Shown here: piece by piece, positions 34,307 through 46,965 of the stretch
Layout: each line of letters opens with the position of its first letter
How positions within the stretch are numbered: position 1 is the first letter of the stretch
Assembly: GCF_000143415.4 (NCBI RefSeq)
Contig: NW_003314351.1
Location: forward strand, 711,828 to 775,827
DNA: 64,000 nucleotides
Reading direction: 5' to 3'
DNA from: Selaginella moellendorffii
Lineage: Eukaryota; Plantae; Lycopodiophyta
Made by a program: the position numbers and the translations under genes
The notes under the pieces: generated by a model
Database searches by the model: none
The model's input: the letters and a program-made list of their open reading frames with translations, nothing else
Told to the model about the DNA's origin: nothing

Positions 34307-37300
34307 TATATATTTAAATTATATAATTCTGAAAATATAAATCCAGACTGGTCATAATATAAAGAGATAAGCAAGTAAATTTTGACATAATACACATTAA
34401 ATAAAAATAAAAACATACAAGTGCTAAGTTTAGCTCTTTAAAACTATATATAATTGGTTCTTGTTAATGCAATGGCATTAAAACCAGCTTTCTCAGATTT
34501 TGAGCCACAATGTTTTATCCTTCTAAACCTGGCAAGAAAGAAACCACACAGAAAAAACTAAACTTTCTACCAAAACAAGAGAAGAAAGTGATAGATAGAT
34601 AGATGCACATGTTTAAGCATGGAACTGACTCGAAAGAGCTATGTAAAGAGATTTTGGAGCTAGAGTCCTATAAAAGCTAGGTTGGATCAGATGAAGGTGT
34701 ATTTGCTCTATCTGTAGGAGTCTGCCTATTAGTGTGGCCTTTGGTGGATTGCCTAGAAAAGTGCATGTAGAAGTCTAGTTGTGGAAAGTTTAAATGCAGC
34801 CAAAAGCATATGGGACGTCTTCGACACTACATATTGAGACAGTACATTGAAAGTCACTATTAATGCCACACCACTGACTATGCCCACTGTGCTCGCTGGA
34901 AGTGTTCTTTGACATCCTGTACTTGGCAAGTGTTCTTCTAATTCATGGTGGAGTATAAAAGTGATAAAGCTTGTGCTTAATGTCATCTACATTCAAAAGA
35001 AACACATACACCACATACAAATGAATAAATATGGCACATATATCACCATGTGTTATTCAGCAACACCAAGTTCACAATCCTGGCTGTCTCACGAAAGCAA
35101 AGCAAAAACTGCATATTAATTTCTTGAGATTTCTATCTTTCGCAATGTCATTTGAACTCTCTTTAGAAAATTCATATAAAGAATTTATTATGCTTAGAAT
35201 CATAGCACTTCCCTTCTTTCCCACATACTTTCAGAAATACAAAATTTAGTCAAAGAAAATCCACCTATTTTAGTATGCTCTTGTCCAAGTCATAGGCTAC
35301 AGTCTACAAAAATTATAACCAACACAAAACTGTTTCTCCAAAGATAGATGTATGGGTCATGAGGGGCTTAAAGTCATCTATATAGTTAATATTGTTAAAA
35401 ATATACATTTAGTGCAATACGTATTGATAGAACAATACATATCTTTCTTATTAGAGTATAATATAAAATTTCTATCACTTTGTAAAGCAAGGATGCAACT
35501 GTTACCATAATTATGCTTACTTCCAACTCTCCATTTTAAATATTTTCTAGAGTATATAGACCAAAGATATCTAACCTTTACATATTTTACAAATCTAAAT
35601 AACTTGATAACCACAATATATAAAAATGATTTTCATGTATTATCAATAATTAAAACTCTATTCTGAATATAATCACATTATAATGTTCATAAAAATATAT
35701 GTACATTAACTTCTAGCTATATTATAAACTGAAAGTTTCAAATATAACTATGATTTAGTTTAATCTCCTAACTTTTCACAACATATAACATGCTCTAAAG
35801 AATTTGGATGACAAAAATTTACAGTAGAATTATGTTTATAAAAAATTTGAATAATGATCATTAGTCTGGCTCTTGTTCCATGCTTTGGAGTGCTACACAA
35901 TTGTAAGAATGTCTTGCAGGAGATGACATTGCCTAGAAAAATGGCCTAAGTGGTTGATGCTTTATTAGTATCACGACAGGCCACTCCATGTTGCACATTG
36001 TGAAGTACACATTCCATCTCAGACACAACATCTCAATGATGATTGTGATCTTTTGCAGGTTCATTTTTCAGGGATTAGAGGGTTTGATTTTCTCATTCTT
36101 CTTAAGTCAAGAGCAAGTCAAATGAAATAGTAAAATGTAAACCTTTTAGAAATCATATTTAGTAAGAAACTAAGTTGTAAGTAAGGAGATAAATAAAAAG
36201 TTACATAAGGTTTAAATTTTCAATAAGAATACATTCATAAGCATATTGAAAGCCAGTTAAAACTACAACTTGAACTTATGTTATAGTGCAAGAATTTGCA
36301 TTTTGATAATGTGAAAGCTTTCCTCAAGTGACTCGTTGTCTGAAATCTGGAAGGACTCCTTTTTGCAGATTGCAAACCTCTTTTCTCACCAATATCTACT
36401 GGAAATTTAGAATCTGAGAACCACAACTGATTCTTGGTAGTGTTTTTGTAGAACTGTTCTCTTCCACAACTGCAGTCGACACTGCCTCCAAGCCATATCA
36501 AGTACTTGGAAGCTGCTTCTAGAAGCAGCATGACATGCTTCCCAAGATCCAGGGAGCTTATTTCTATTGGAGGAGACTCAAAGGTGCCTTATACCTGTGA
36601 TGAAACATGTGTGATGAAATGATGAACATTAACCATATACCTTTCACAAAAAGAAGCACTTAGTGTACATCTGAACCATCATGTCTTACAACACTGTCAG
36701 CTCCAAACCTAGTGTATCTCTTAAATCACCAGAAATCATCAGCTAGATCAGCACCAACATGACAGTGACTCCTGGAGACTTCCCCATCATCCCTTACATC
36801 TGCACATACTCTTGAACCTGCTACTTCAACTAAGTTAATCTATCCAGTGGGATGTGTGGCATCATCACAATTGAGTTCTGTCCACTACACAGCCATAAAC
36901 AAGTTCCTTCTACTCAAGCTTTCTCAAAAGTGGTGGTGCCTCCCGAGGATCTATGAACAATTGCTGTAGGACGCACTCAAAACCAGCAAAAGAAAACTTT
37001 GTCACAAAAAGACGAATGCAAAGAAATAAAAACAGGAAAAGAAAAAAGGAGCATTTACCTTGTCAAGTGTTTTAGCAATGTTCAATTATAGACACCCTCG
37101 GCCTGTAGGGGTTACGAACTTTCAAAGTCTCCTTTGATATAATTTCAAACTTGGTTCTCAGTGTCCACTCTACTGAGTTCATAAGAGAAATTGGTATCCT
37201 TTCTCCTCTTCTTGGCTCTTCTCAGGCAGTAGTTGGCATTCCTGATTCATAAACTTCACCTATAAAAACATGGGTGAAGCTATAAGTTTAAAACTTAGAA

Positions 37301-38049
37301 CATACCAGTCAGGCCGTATTTTAACAACAAATCCAGCAGACCAGTCAAAAGGCAAGATCCAACACTCCCAGTCTCATCTCTTCAAGCTCCAACCTTGTCA
37401 CCAGGCTAGAAGTAACACAACCACCATCCTCCTGGAATCCTGCCTTCTGCAGGAACAAGAACAAGAATCCCAAAGCTTCACATTTCACAGGTTTCTTTGT
37501 CTTTAGGAAAAAAAACAAAAACGTGCATACCAGTCTAGTAAACGATGCTGCTCCCTGATAACAGCTTGTGAATCTCCCCTCCTTCAGTAGCAAGATTAAG
37601 ATAGCTCCCAGACAATACTGGTTTCCAGATTAAAAAATGAATTATTGGACTCTTTTCTCTGTAAACAATGAGTCATTTTTGCACAATCACAAAGATGAAG
37701 AGAGCAAACTTCACCTCCTTCAACGGATTATAGTTGAAAAAGTAGTTCCATATTGGTCATAGAACATACACCGATGATGTATCGGCCATTGACAGCTGTT
37801 ACCCTAAGAAAACCCATTGACTTGATTCTACTTTCCTTGCAATTTGGCATTCATGAGTGAAGGAGGTCATCATTCTTGCAAGAACTGTTTTTTAATTGTT
37901 CCTTGGCCAAGCATTTCACGTTCCACTTAATTGCAGAAATCATTTTTCCTTTGCTATATAGTAGATCCTAAAATGCTTGAAATTCCTGACCAAATCCAGC
38001 AAGAGCTGATTGATGGATTGGATGACCGACAAGAGATCTCATCATTACA

Positions 38050-38748
38050 ACACTGATTGTTTTCTGTCTTGCATGCTCCCAAAGCTTGCAAAGTCATCTT
38101 CAAATAAGTCCAGAACTTCGTTTTGGTCCAAAGCATTGACAAATCTGCAAAGAAAATGCTGTTAATGACCAGATAAATTCAATGGGCTTACCTTGGCTTT
38201 GATGAATCCAGAAAGGCACACATGTAATCACTGTCAAGAATGATCTTTCTGTTCTCACCATTCAGCATTTGAGGCTGATATTGTACACAGTTATTTCGAG
38301 ACACCTCTCTATGATCTATCACTTTACCTTAGCAGCACATAAAGTCGAGATGCACGATGTCTGTCTCAAGTGATTGGAATTGACTGTATTCCAACGTTTT
38401 GTTCAGCCAAACACTTGCCATATGCTGGATCTTTGAAAGGACAGCATTCCATTTGGCCACTACTAAAAGTTTCTTGTGATGAAAAATTTTGGACATATAA
38501 TTTGAAGTAATAACCATGGCATCTCGGTCACTAAATGCTACTGCACCACCAATCCTTGTCCCTTACAACAATCTGCATAATATCCCATTAGCAGAAAAAT
38601 CTATAAAAAGATTGCCAGTGACCATTTTCTTGGACGTGTGAACTTGCTCTTCTGCAATCTCTTTGTCACTACCAAGATCAATCCCTGGTTTTGGCTCTCT
38701 TTTTGTTACTTCAGGCTTTGGGGGTGGTTTCGGCTTCCGTGTCTATTC
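38050..38748 (-). pseudogene. Fragment of WDR63/DNAI3 (IC140) axonemal dynein intermediate chain, N-terminal exons
   Basis: Exon translations KPGIDLGSDKEIAEEQV / GGAVAFSDRDA / AEQNVGIQSIP / NNCVQYQPQ..AFLDSSKPR-FVNALDQNEVLDLFEDDF follow the order of WDR63 motifs as I recall them (KPWVSLGSEKEIEEE, FGAPIKFSD, EKDVGMQVIP, ALQQNEIMNTFIDD); stops present. Confidence 0.7.
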
Positions 38749-39551
38749 CTGCAGTTTCAAAAGGAAAGTGAAAACAAATCAACCAGACCAACCATCATTA
38801 TAACCACATGCCTGGCTTTGCTAACAAAGTTCATGCTATCACCTTACTTGTCTTCATCGCTATAGTGGAGAAGTATTTATCCTGTATTATAGGTCTGCAA
38901 GCTGGGAATGTTCTTATGTTTATGTGGAACTGTGGTTTAACAGGATGAAAATCCGAGATTGTGCCATGCATTTGGATGTCACCATGATGACATTCTTTGG
39001 GACCTTGGAAGTGTTGCCATGTCTGGCAGATATTTTGTCGATACTGATGAACTTGCACGTGTCATCTGTCATCTGTCATAAATAAATGTTATGCCCTTTG
39101 CCTCTCCATGTGATGTGGGGCAGAAGTATTAACATCTGCTATTCTTTTGAAACTTCCAAATTTCACGTTCTCAACATTCTCTTCCATAACTTAAAAAACC
39201 TAAAGAGAAAAACTTAACTACCCTTAGTGTTTGTATATAAAACCACTAATATAAATATAAATATAAATTCTGGGAAATATTGTGACAAATGATCAGAGGA
39301 AATAACATCCCCTTCAACCAAAACATCAGAAATGTGAACTTCGCAATTTATTTTATTCTAACATACAGTTGCCATCATTGTCTCATAAACTAAACGTGTC
39401 CAGAAGCAATGTGATCCCAGAGCCAACCAACGCAGATCCTAGGCTCTGCCCTTGATGCTCATGGCAATCCCCTGCAACTGGAGAGAAAAGAGAAAAAACA
39501 CAGTCAAAACTGGATCTTACAACTACAAAATAAAAAAGAGAAAAATGCTAC

Positions 39552-39665
39552 CTGAACACTGGATTGGAGAGCTTGATCAACGAATTTTAGTGGTTGTTTC
39601 TCCATTTGAAGAAAGAGTTCCCCTGCAGGATAAAAGTCTATTGCTAAGCAAACATGAGTCGCAAT
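39552..39665 (-). pseudogene. Isolated exon of a phototropin/AGCVIII kinase domain
   Basis: AG|IATHVCLAIDFYPAGELFLQMEKQPLK resembles phototropin TxTHVCLITDxxPGGELFxLLDxQPxK. Confidence 0.7.
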
Positions 39666-40542
39666 CTGCAAAGAAAATCTCAATTTAGAAAGCAAGATGG
39701 TCCATCAATCCAAGAATCTCTCTTTCAGCACATGCACAATGAACCTGTTCAAAAGATCAGTGCAAGTTTCAAGACAGAGATATCACCTTGTTTCTGCTTA
39801 TTATGACGCTCTTATCCGTGCTCTTCATGGCAAAACACTGGCGGGAACCTTTCAACTCTACTAAATGTACACTCCATCACAAAAAGGCTTTTTAATCCCA
39901 TATATAAGTAACAACTATGAAAAAACTCACCTTCCTGTGTCACCAAAACCAAGAGATTTGACAGGCTGAAAATGGTGGAGTCAGTTTCTCGCCACTAGTT
40001 TGAATCTGCATTTAAAACAAACAAGTAAACTGGAGAAGTCATCAGACTAAACATAATTTTATGAACCTTTCTAATGGCATCCCAAGAGTTTAGATAAACA
40101 ACTTTAGAGTGTTTAGCCCAAAGGTCGTTGGGTGTCTGGACACGAATAAAAGAAACAAATCTCGAAGCATCCAGCATTAGACTCCCAAACAGCCCTCTGT
40201 TACTCACTCCTGCGCAACAAGACAGACACACACCTACAGCTTACCTCCTGCATTTGCAAAAGCCCCATTGGAAATGGCAACAAGAAATGTGTCAAATAGC
40301 ACAAGAGAACTATACAGCTAACTTCCAAAACACTCATTCATTCATATGTAGGCCTTTGATTTTCAGGTAAATCGGAAATAGATGTTTTGAAAAATGAGAG
40401 ATGAAAACAAGAATAGAAACAAAGAAAGAAAGAAAAAAACAAACCAAGTTTTGAAAAGCTGTGTCTTTAAAGCTTCCACTCCTTTTAAAGAAATACACAC
40501 TCAAATATATCAAAACATTCTCCCAATTTTACAAAACACTTC

Positions 40543-41050
40543 NNNNNNNNNNNNNNNNNNNNNNNNNNNNNNNNNNNNNNNNNNNNNNNNNNNNNNNNNN
40601 NNNNNNNNNNNNNNNNNNNNNNNNNNNNNNNNNNNNNNNNNNNNNNNNNNNNNNNNNNNNNNNNNNNNNNNNNNNNNNNNNNNNNNNNNNNNNNNNNNNN
40701 NNNNNNNNNNNNNNNNNNNNNNNNNNNNNNNNNNNNNNNNNNNNNNNNNNNNNNNNNNNNNNNNNNNNNNNNNNNNNNNNNNNNNNNNNNNNNNNNNNNN
40801 NNNNNNNNNNNNNNNNNNNNNNNNNNNNNNNNNNNNNNNNNNNNNNNNNNNNNNNNNNNNNNNNNNNNNNNNNNNNNNNNNNNNNNNNNNNNNNNNNNNN
40901 NNNNNNNNNNNNNNNNNNNNNNNNNNNNNNNNNNNNNNNNNNNNNNNNNNNNNNNNNNNNNNNNNNNNNNNNNNNNNNNNNNNNNNNNNNNNNNNNNNNN
41001 NNNNNNNNNNNNNNNNNNNNNNNNNNNNNNNNNNNNNNNNNNNNNNNNNN
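40543..41050. other. Assembly gap
   Basis: N run. Confidence 1.
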
Positions 41051-41479
41051 TATCGGTATGACTCTGTAATCTTTTATCCCCAAGCGCAATGATTCTGCCC
41101 CAAATGAAGAAATGATTGTGGTAAAACTCTTTATTGTCAAAGGCTTTTCGAGAGTGTACCTAAATAGACATGTAGGCTAAGAAAAACTGTTTCGAATCAT
41201 AGAAAAGAGGACTGCACAATTAGGTTGCTTTCGCATTTGTCAAGAGGTAATTTTGTTTCTATGTTTCCCGAGCTTTGTTTTTCCCGGCTTTGTAATGTTG
41301 TTCTGCTCCAAAATATAGGGACCCCAAGCATCATATTAAGGAGCTGTGCCTCTACTTTGTTTCAGTGTGCTTCTATTTTCTTGTGGTTTGGCTATTAGTC
41401 TATTTACTTATTTTCACCATCTAGAGCCTGCACATGCTGTCTAAGCTTCTATTTTCTAAAAGAGATTGTAAAATCTCCT

Positions 41480-41915
41480 ACAGATCAATGGGTGGCAAAA
41501 GAAAGAGGAAAACATGTGATCTAATTTTACATGAAGGCTGTATAATAAAAAAAAGTTCAACAAGTTTGAATTCATCTCTATATATGAATAGAAGCATGGA
41601 TGTAAGTGTGAGAAACCTGGTATCCTTTGAAGAACCCCCAACAATTCCAAGATTGATACCCATAGAAAAGACTTTTAGAAACACTTTTGAAATTATTACC
41701 CTACCTGTTAATGAAGTAAATCTTGGAAATGGAACTGAAAGCATGGAAAACACTAAACATTTAGGACTCTTGCAAAACAACATAGATGGTAAATGTAAAG
41801 TAGATTATATTGGACTCATGGATAAACATTGTGACTATTGTAAAGCTTTTCTTTTTGCTTCAGAAACACAATCACAATGCTGTCATGGTGGACGTGTGTC
41901 TATATCTTGTAAATA
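41480..41915 (+). pseudogene. Helitron Rep-helicase N-terminal fragment
   Basis: IGLMDKHCDYCKAFLFASE..QCCHGGRV matches the MxxxCxxCxAxxFxxE..CCxxGxV Cys motif of RepHel N-termini. Confidence 0.7.
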
Positions 41916-42089
41916 TTGAGGGACCAAGCTCAATATCGGGGGGGGGGGGGGTTCTTAATACTTTTAAGTGCAAGCCAACATATGAGTTTTTCATACCAGG
42001 CTAAATATGCTCAACAAGAAATATATAAAAGTTCTTATTTTATGTTTATCCAGCATAAATACATACATTATGATTAGTTTCTCAACTAG

Positions 42090-42651
42090 TGTAAGTAATA
42101 AAAGAGAATGACTTAAGAAATGATCCAAGAGATCAAATATAGAGGGAAAACACACATGAATAAGAGTGCACCCCTTTTTCCAACTAGTTAAGGGTTTTTG
42201 GATACTTAGAGTTAAGTGTCTTTGGGTTTAAATGGTACTGAGCTAAGTGACCTCTTAAGAAGTCCAAATTCATAATCTTACAACATGGTATCAGGAGGGC
42301 TCTCAAGTTTGACACTGTTCATTGGCTAGGGGAATTGCAGCACATGTTATTTGACATTTAGCAAGTCCAATTTGCTCCAGATAGGCTTGACTAGAGGGGT
42401 AGGGTGTCAAGAAGGTAAGGCTCTCAACTTTTGTTCACGAAGCATAGCATGGTGGATTGTAAGCAACAAAAAAGAATAACTTGAGAGATAATCCATATGG
42501 TTAAATTATAAAGGAAAAGGGCATATGAATAAGGGTGCACCACTTTGTCCAATTGGTTAAAGGTTTTGGGATACTTGGGGTTAAGTGTCCTTGGGTTTGA
42601 ATAGTATTGGGTTGGGTGACTTCCTAGGAAGTCCAAATTCAAGAGCTTACA
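42090..42651 (+). mobile_element. Full-length Cassandra-like TRIM (LTRs 42090-42282 and 42458-42651)
   Basis: Two ~190-bp LTRs with TGTAAG...CTTACA; PBS TGGTATCAG at 42286; short internal region; near-TSD ACTAG/ACTAA; LTR core matches the 5S rRNA internal promoter region. Confidence 0.85.
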
Positions 42652-42895
42652 ACTAACTTGAGTGAATACTGATAAAGGATTTAGCAATACTGACCTTCTG
42701 CCATCATGTCCCGGGAACTTCAAATTCAAAAGCTTACAACCAACTTAAGTAGAGACTGATAAAGGATCCAACAATATTGACCTCTTGCTATTGTGGCAGT
42801 AAAGAAAAAATATCTGAAAAGACTAGCTGATAAATAACTTTTGATACCCATAGTCATATTCGCAATAGCAAGTCAATAAATGATTTTCTCTAATC

Positions 42896-43084
42896 AGTGT
42901 AACAAATTAAGATGTTAGTGGTACCTTTGGGTGTTAGAAGTGAGACTAGATACATGGAGTATTTGGACTAAGATAAGTAACATAAGGTAAATGAGGGTTT
43001 ATAGAGGTTGTGAGTGAGACTCCTCCAAAAGGTCATAAGCATGGTTAAGTGACTAAAGTAGAATGGAAAATTTAGGCACTTACA
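42896..43084 (+). mobile_element. Family A LTR 3'-end fragment
   Basis: GGTTAAGTGACTAAAGTAGAATGGAAAATTTAGGCACTTACA. Confidence 0.75.
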
Positions 43085-44949
43085 TTTTTCTAATGGTGGT
43101 GTATGTGATTGAAAGTTGTTAGTGTCATAGCTTTTGTAGTTTGGATTTTGTAGTGGTGGTAAGTCTTGCTCTAAATGTTTTAAATCTTATTTTCTTAAGT
43201 CTTTAGTTTTTATCGTATTCTTTTGGCTTAATTCTCCCACTTGTGTTTGATTTGTTTTCTCATAATTGTTGATGATGATTCAAAACCCCCCACAAGTCCA
43301 AGAAAAGCAAAAGGCAATAAACAAAAGATTTAGATAAGAAGAAAGAAAGAGAAACCAAAGGATTGAAGAGATTAACTTTCTTCATTAGGCTACAATTGAT
43401 AAAATTACCAATCTTCTTTGAAACCTTAAAGTGGGGGAAGTCTGGTATGTATTGATCATTCTTCTTCCTTCAAACTATTTCTGTGGTAGATTGGAGTATG
43501 GTGAAGCTGTAGTATTTATAAAGGGTAGATTTGATGAGTTGAGCTTTAAAAACCTAGTTCCAGGTATATCTATATTTGTATTAATGTTTTAGATTTAAAC
43601 ACTTACAAGACAAGTAGCAAACATGCTTGCTTTATTTGGAATCCAGTTATTACTTTGCCCTTTGCTTTGAGATACACTTTTCAAATATTTGATATTAGAA
43701 TATTGGATGAATTTTCACCCTATTAGCAACTATAATTGATTAGCCACCTTAGTATGCTTTACCACATAATATGAACCAGCATATCTATGAGAAATTTTGC
43801 CAATTTCTTAAGGCACTAGCAATTAATGGCCAAGAGAAGATAACCATGGCAAGGTAAAAGAGATAGACAGAGGATGGATGAAAGCTTTGTGGATCATAGA
43901 GCTGTCAATGATCATGCTTGAACTACTTTACAATATGGCACTTGCACCTTATACACTTATATATGAGTCTCTCCTCCATAGAGATTTCACTATTAAATTC
44001 ATTAAATTCTAGCCTTTTAAGAATTGTAGTGAGTCCTCAATTGTGAAACTCTCTTTGTTTCTTCTTTTTAGTTTCTACCATGTGGGTATAACCTTCCTCA
44101 ATCACACTAGCCTTTGCTAACCAGATTCGTTCCTCTAGAGTCCTTATTATTTTGCTTGAAAATCATTCCAATTTTGTAAGCCATCGCAAACTAATGAAAG
44201 GGTTGGTGTTGACTTTGGTTGGGTTAGACCTTAGTAAGCAATTTGTATAAAGCAACTAATAAATGATGATTTATGGGGTTAAAGCAATTGAGTTAGAGTC
44301 TGGAGTTAACATAGAAAAGTAGCCATTGCACTTTTTTAAAAAGGTGACACTTGTGCCTTTCTTCTGTGGCCTTATGTTTAGTAGCAGATTGCACCTTGCA
44401 TCTAGTTAAACTCTATGAGAGTAGTGAGCTCTCATTGATCTTGACTTAGTTTTGGTTGACTTGTGCCTTGGATGAGGATGGTGATGTCTAACTTAGTTAT
44501 TTGCGGTTAAGGTGTTAGTACTCATATTATAACTTTGTCAATTAGAAGGTTGTATACCTATATGACTTGATGATGAGAGTTTTGTGTTTGGGTCTTATGG
44601 AGATAAGTTAAAGAGGGATTGTTAATTGCTTTGCAATTACTGATTTCCTGTAAAATTCATCAAGAACTCATAAAGTTCATCAACAATTTTGTTCACTCAA
44701 TGATAATTTGGCAGTGATGGATTTGCTTTGTGATTAGTGGATGCTTATAGACTTCATCAAGGACTATTGATCCTTGCTTACTCCCTAATAATTTAGCAAT
44801 AATGGGCTTACTTTACCATATGGTATTGCAAAGGATTGTATTGTTATCTTTGCATGGTTTTTCTATGTTAATAATGTTAACATTTTGATTCCATCTTTGA
44901 CAGTATTGTTTAATTACATTTAGTCGGTAATGTTAGATTATATTGCATC

Positions 44950-46140
44950 TTGCAAATAGTGATTCACTCCTTAGTGATGTGTTATCTATAGCTAAGTGTT
45001 ATTCAAGGATCAAATACTAAATTTAATATCTTCAACTTTAGTTAGATTGGTTATTAGAGAGCTTTGAGTAGTGATTTGCTCTTATTTTCTTCTAGCTTTA
45101 TTATGATATTGATGACATTGAAGTGAGGCTCTAGCATTAACATTATTGAAATTGAGATTGAAGTAAGATGAAATATCTATCCATAGGATTGGATTGATAT
45201 AAATTTCTTTAGTTTTGATGTAGATAGTGTTAATGGTTTAGGTTGTAATCTGATATTATTAGCATTTGTGCATTTGTTAGTTTGCTATGCCATTGTAGGA
45301 GGATGTGAAGCTCCATTCCTATGAGCCCCCTTGTCAAAGGAATCAAAGAAATTCCTTACCATTTGGGAGAAATCAAAATCCAAAGGTAAAAAATATGTAA
45401 AATGATTAATAGGATGACTGATGATCTTTCATGACAATTAGTTTTTCTCTTTGACTGTTGACTAGGATGTATTCATATTAGTTATTGCAATAGTTAGCAT
45501 GAACAAATGTTTGTTGACCCTTGCGACATTTATCATGTTCTATTGATTGTTACTCAAGTTGATTATGTTACATTAGGATATTTTTTCCTTTAGGTGATAC
45601 ATTTATAAATATTTTGCTTGTTAGTTAATAATACTTTGTGTTCTTTGAGTTGTCTTTTGTAAGTTGTTTAGCATGTTATCTACAATCTTTGGTAGTTCAA
45701 CTTTATTATAAAGTTTAGGGTAATAAGTCTATGAGTCTATGGGTTTGGTTTATTTGCCCAATAGGGTTACGACCTTTGGCTTTTCTCTCTATATCACTTG
45801 CAAGTAAGGGCATTTTATCTTTTGTAGGTTAGATGACATCTAAAGCAGCAAGGGTGGCTAACTCCATTGGTCATTTCCTTGTTGGTGATGGCCAAAAAGT
45901 GTTTGAGACGTAGCACATTTACGATAGATAGAGAGGTTTCCCTTTACTTATTTAAGTTCATACATTTCTCACAAAGTATGAGCACCGTAAACATTTTCTA
46001 GAGTTGTTTCTTTGGCAATAGTCTGGACTAGAGTATGCATTGACGAGTTCAATTTTCCTTAAGGGGGAGAGAATGCTGTGAATGTGATTGCAGGTATCAA
46101 AAGTTATCTATAGCAAATTATTTCAAATATTCTTTCCTTA
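44950..46140 (+). mobile_element. Old family B element 3' internal region, PPT and LTR start
   Basis: Diverged reverse-complement homology to 55380-57630; PPT AAGGGGGAGAG at ~46061 followed by LTR-start-like sequence. Confidence 0.65.
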
Positions 46141-46569
46141 CTAGCATAATGACAAGAGATTGGTATTACTAGTTCCTTTTTCAATCCCTCTTATTCAAGT
46201 GTTAGTAAATTTGATTTAACATTTGTACTTGGCCAGATGAGCATAAAAAAGGAATTCTTAAATGTCTATTTAGCCAAGTATATTTGGCCCAATTTGTTAA
46301 TTCTCTTTTGTTTTGTCTTGCATTAGCTTGATAAAAACCCTTATAATATTAAGCTTGGTTCCTCAATACTTACTAGATGATAGTTTACCATGTCTGGCAA
46401 AACACTCTCGCTATCATGCTCCATGTGTTATCCAAGTAGCTATTTATTGAAAGTGTCTAAATTTGCTAGTGAAGCATATCTATAGAATATAGAGATTTTT
46501 CTAAACATAATGGTGTTATTCTTGCATTAAGATCTGCAATCTAACACCAATCTAACACCACAAAATTGT

Positions 46570-46965
46570 GTTTGTAATGTCATCACATGATGAACACGAG
46601 ATAAAGCATCTACCACTACATTTGATTTTCTCAGACGATGCTCAATAAGAAAATCCCCAAACTCCATGAGTTTGACCATCCAACGAGCTTGCGTAGTGTT
46701 CAACTCCTTCTGTGTGAAAAGATACACAAGTGGTTTGTGATCTGTCAACACCACGAATACTGCACCATAAAGATAGTGCTGCCATATCCGCAAAGCATGA
46801 ACAATAGAAAGTAACTCTTGCTCATATATGGAATAGCGTTGCTTCACAAAATTCAAAGTTTGACTCTCATATGCAATATGTTGTCCCTCTTGCATGAAAA
46901 CTCCTCCTAATGCATAACCACTCGCATCACATGTCACCTCATAAGGTTTTGATGGATTAGCAATG
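46570..46965 (-). pseudogene. Ty3/Gypsy RNase H fragment
   Basis: VTCDASGYALGGV, AYESQ, YEQELLSIVHAL, TDHKPL, QARW, NVVVDALSR. Confidence 0.93.

Larger units (their letters stand above)
33175..40542 (-). mobile_element. Helitron-like non-autonomous element carrying gene fragments (5' end not seen; spans an N gap)
   Basis: Minus-strand 3' end GCCAGCGGAGTTGGATTCCTTGCTAG|T (imperfect hairpin plus CTAG at 33175-33178); ~950 bp shared with the element starting at 60348; mosaic of unrelated exons. Confidence 0.55.

Noticed and set aside
34400-38000. An intact multi-exon host gene
   Set aside because: Splice-like signals exist, but the frames I tried contain stops and I could not recognise a product; treated as unidentified captured fragments.
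40394-41140. ORFs spanning N runs (also 34000-34416 and 59263-59599)
   Set aside because: Artefacts of assembly gaps.
42570-42640. 5S rRNA gene
   Set aside because: Only the internal ~55-60 nt resemble 5S and they sit inside TG...CA LTRs, so this is a Cassandra-like element rather than rDNA.
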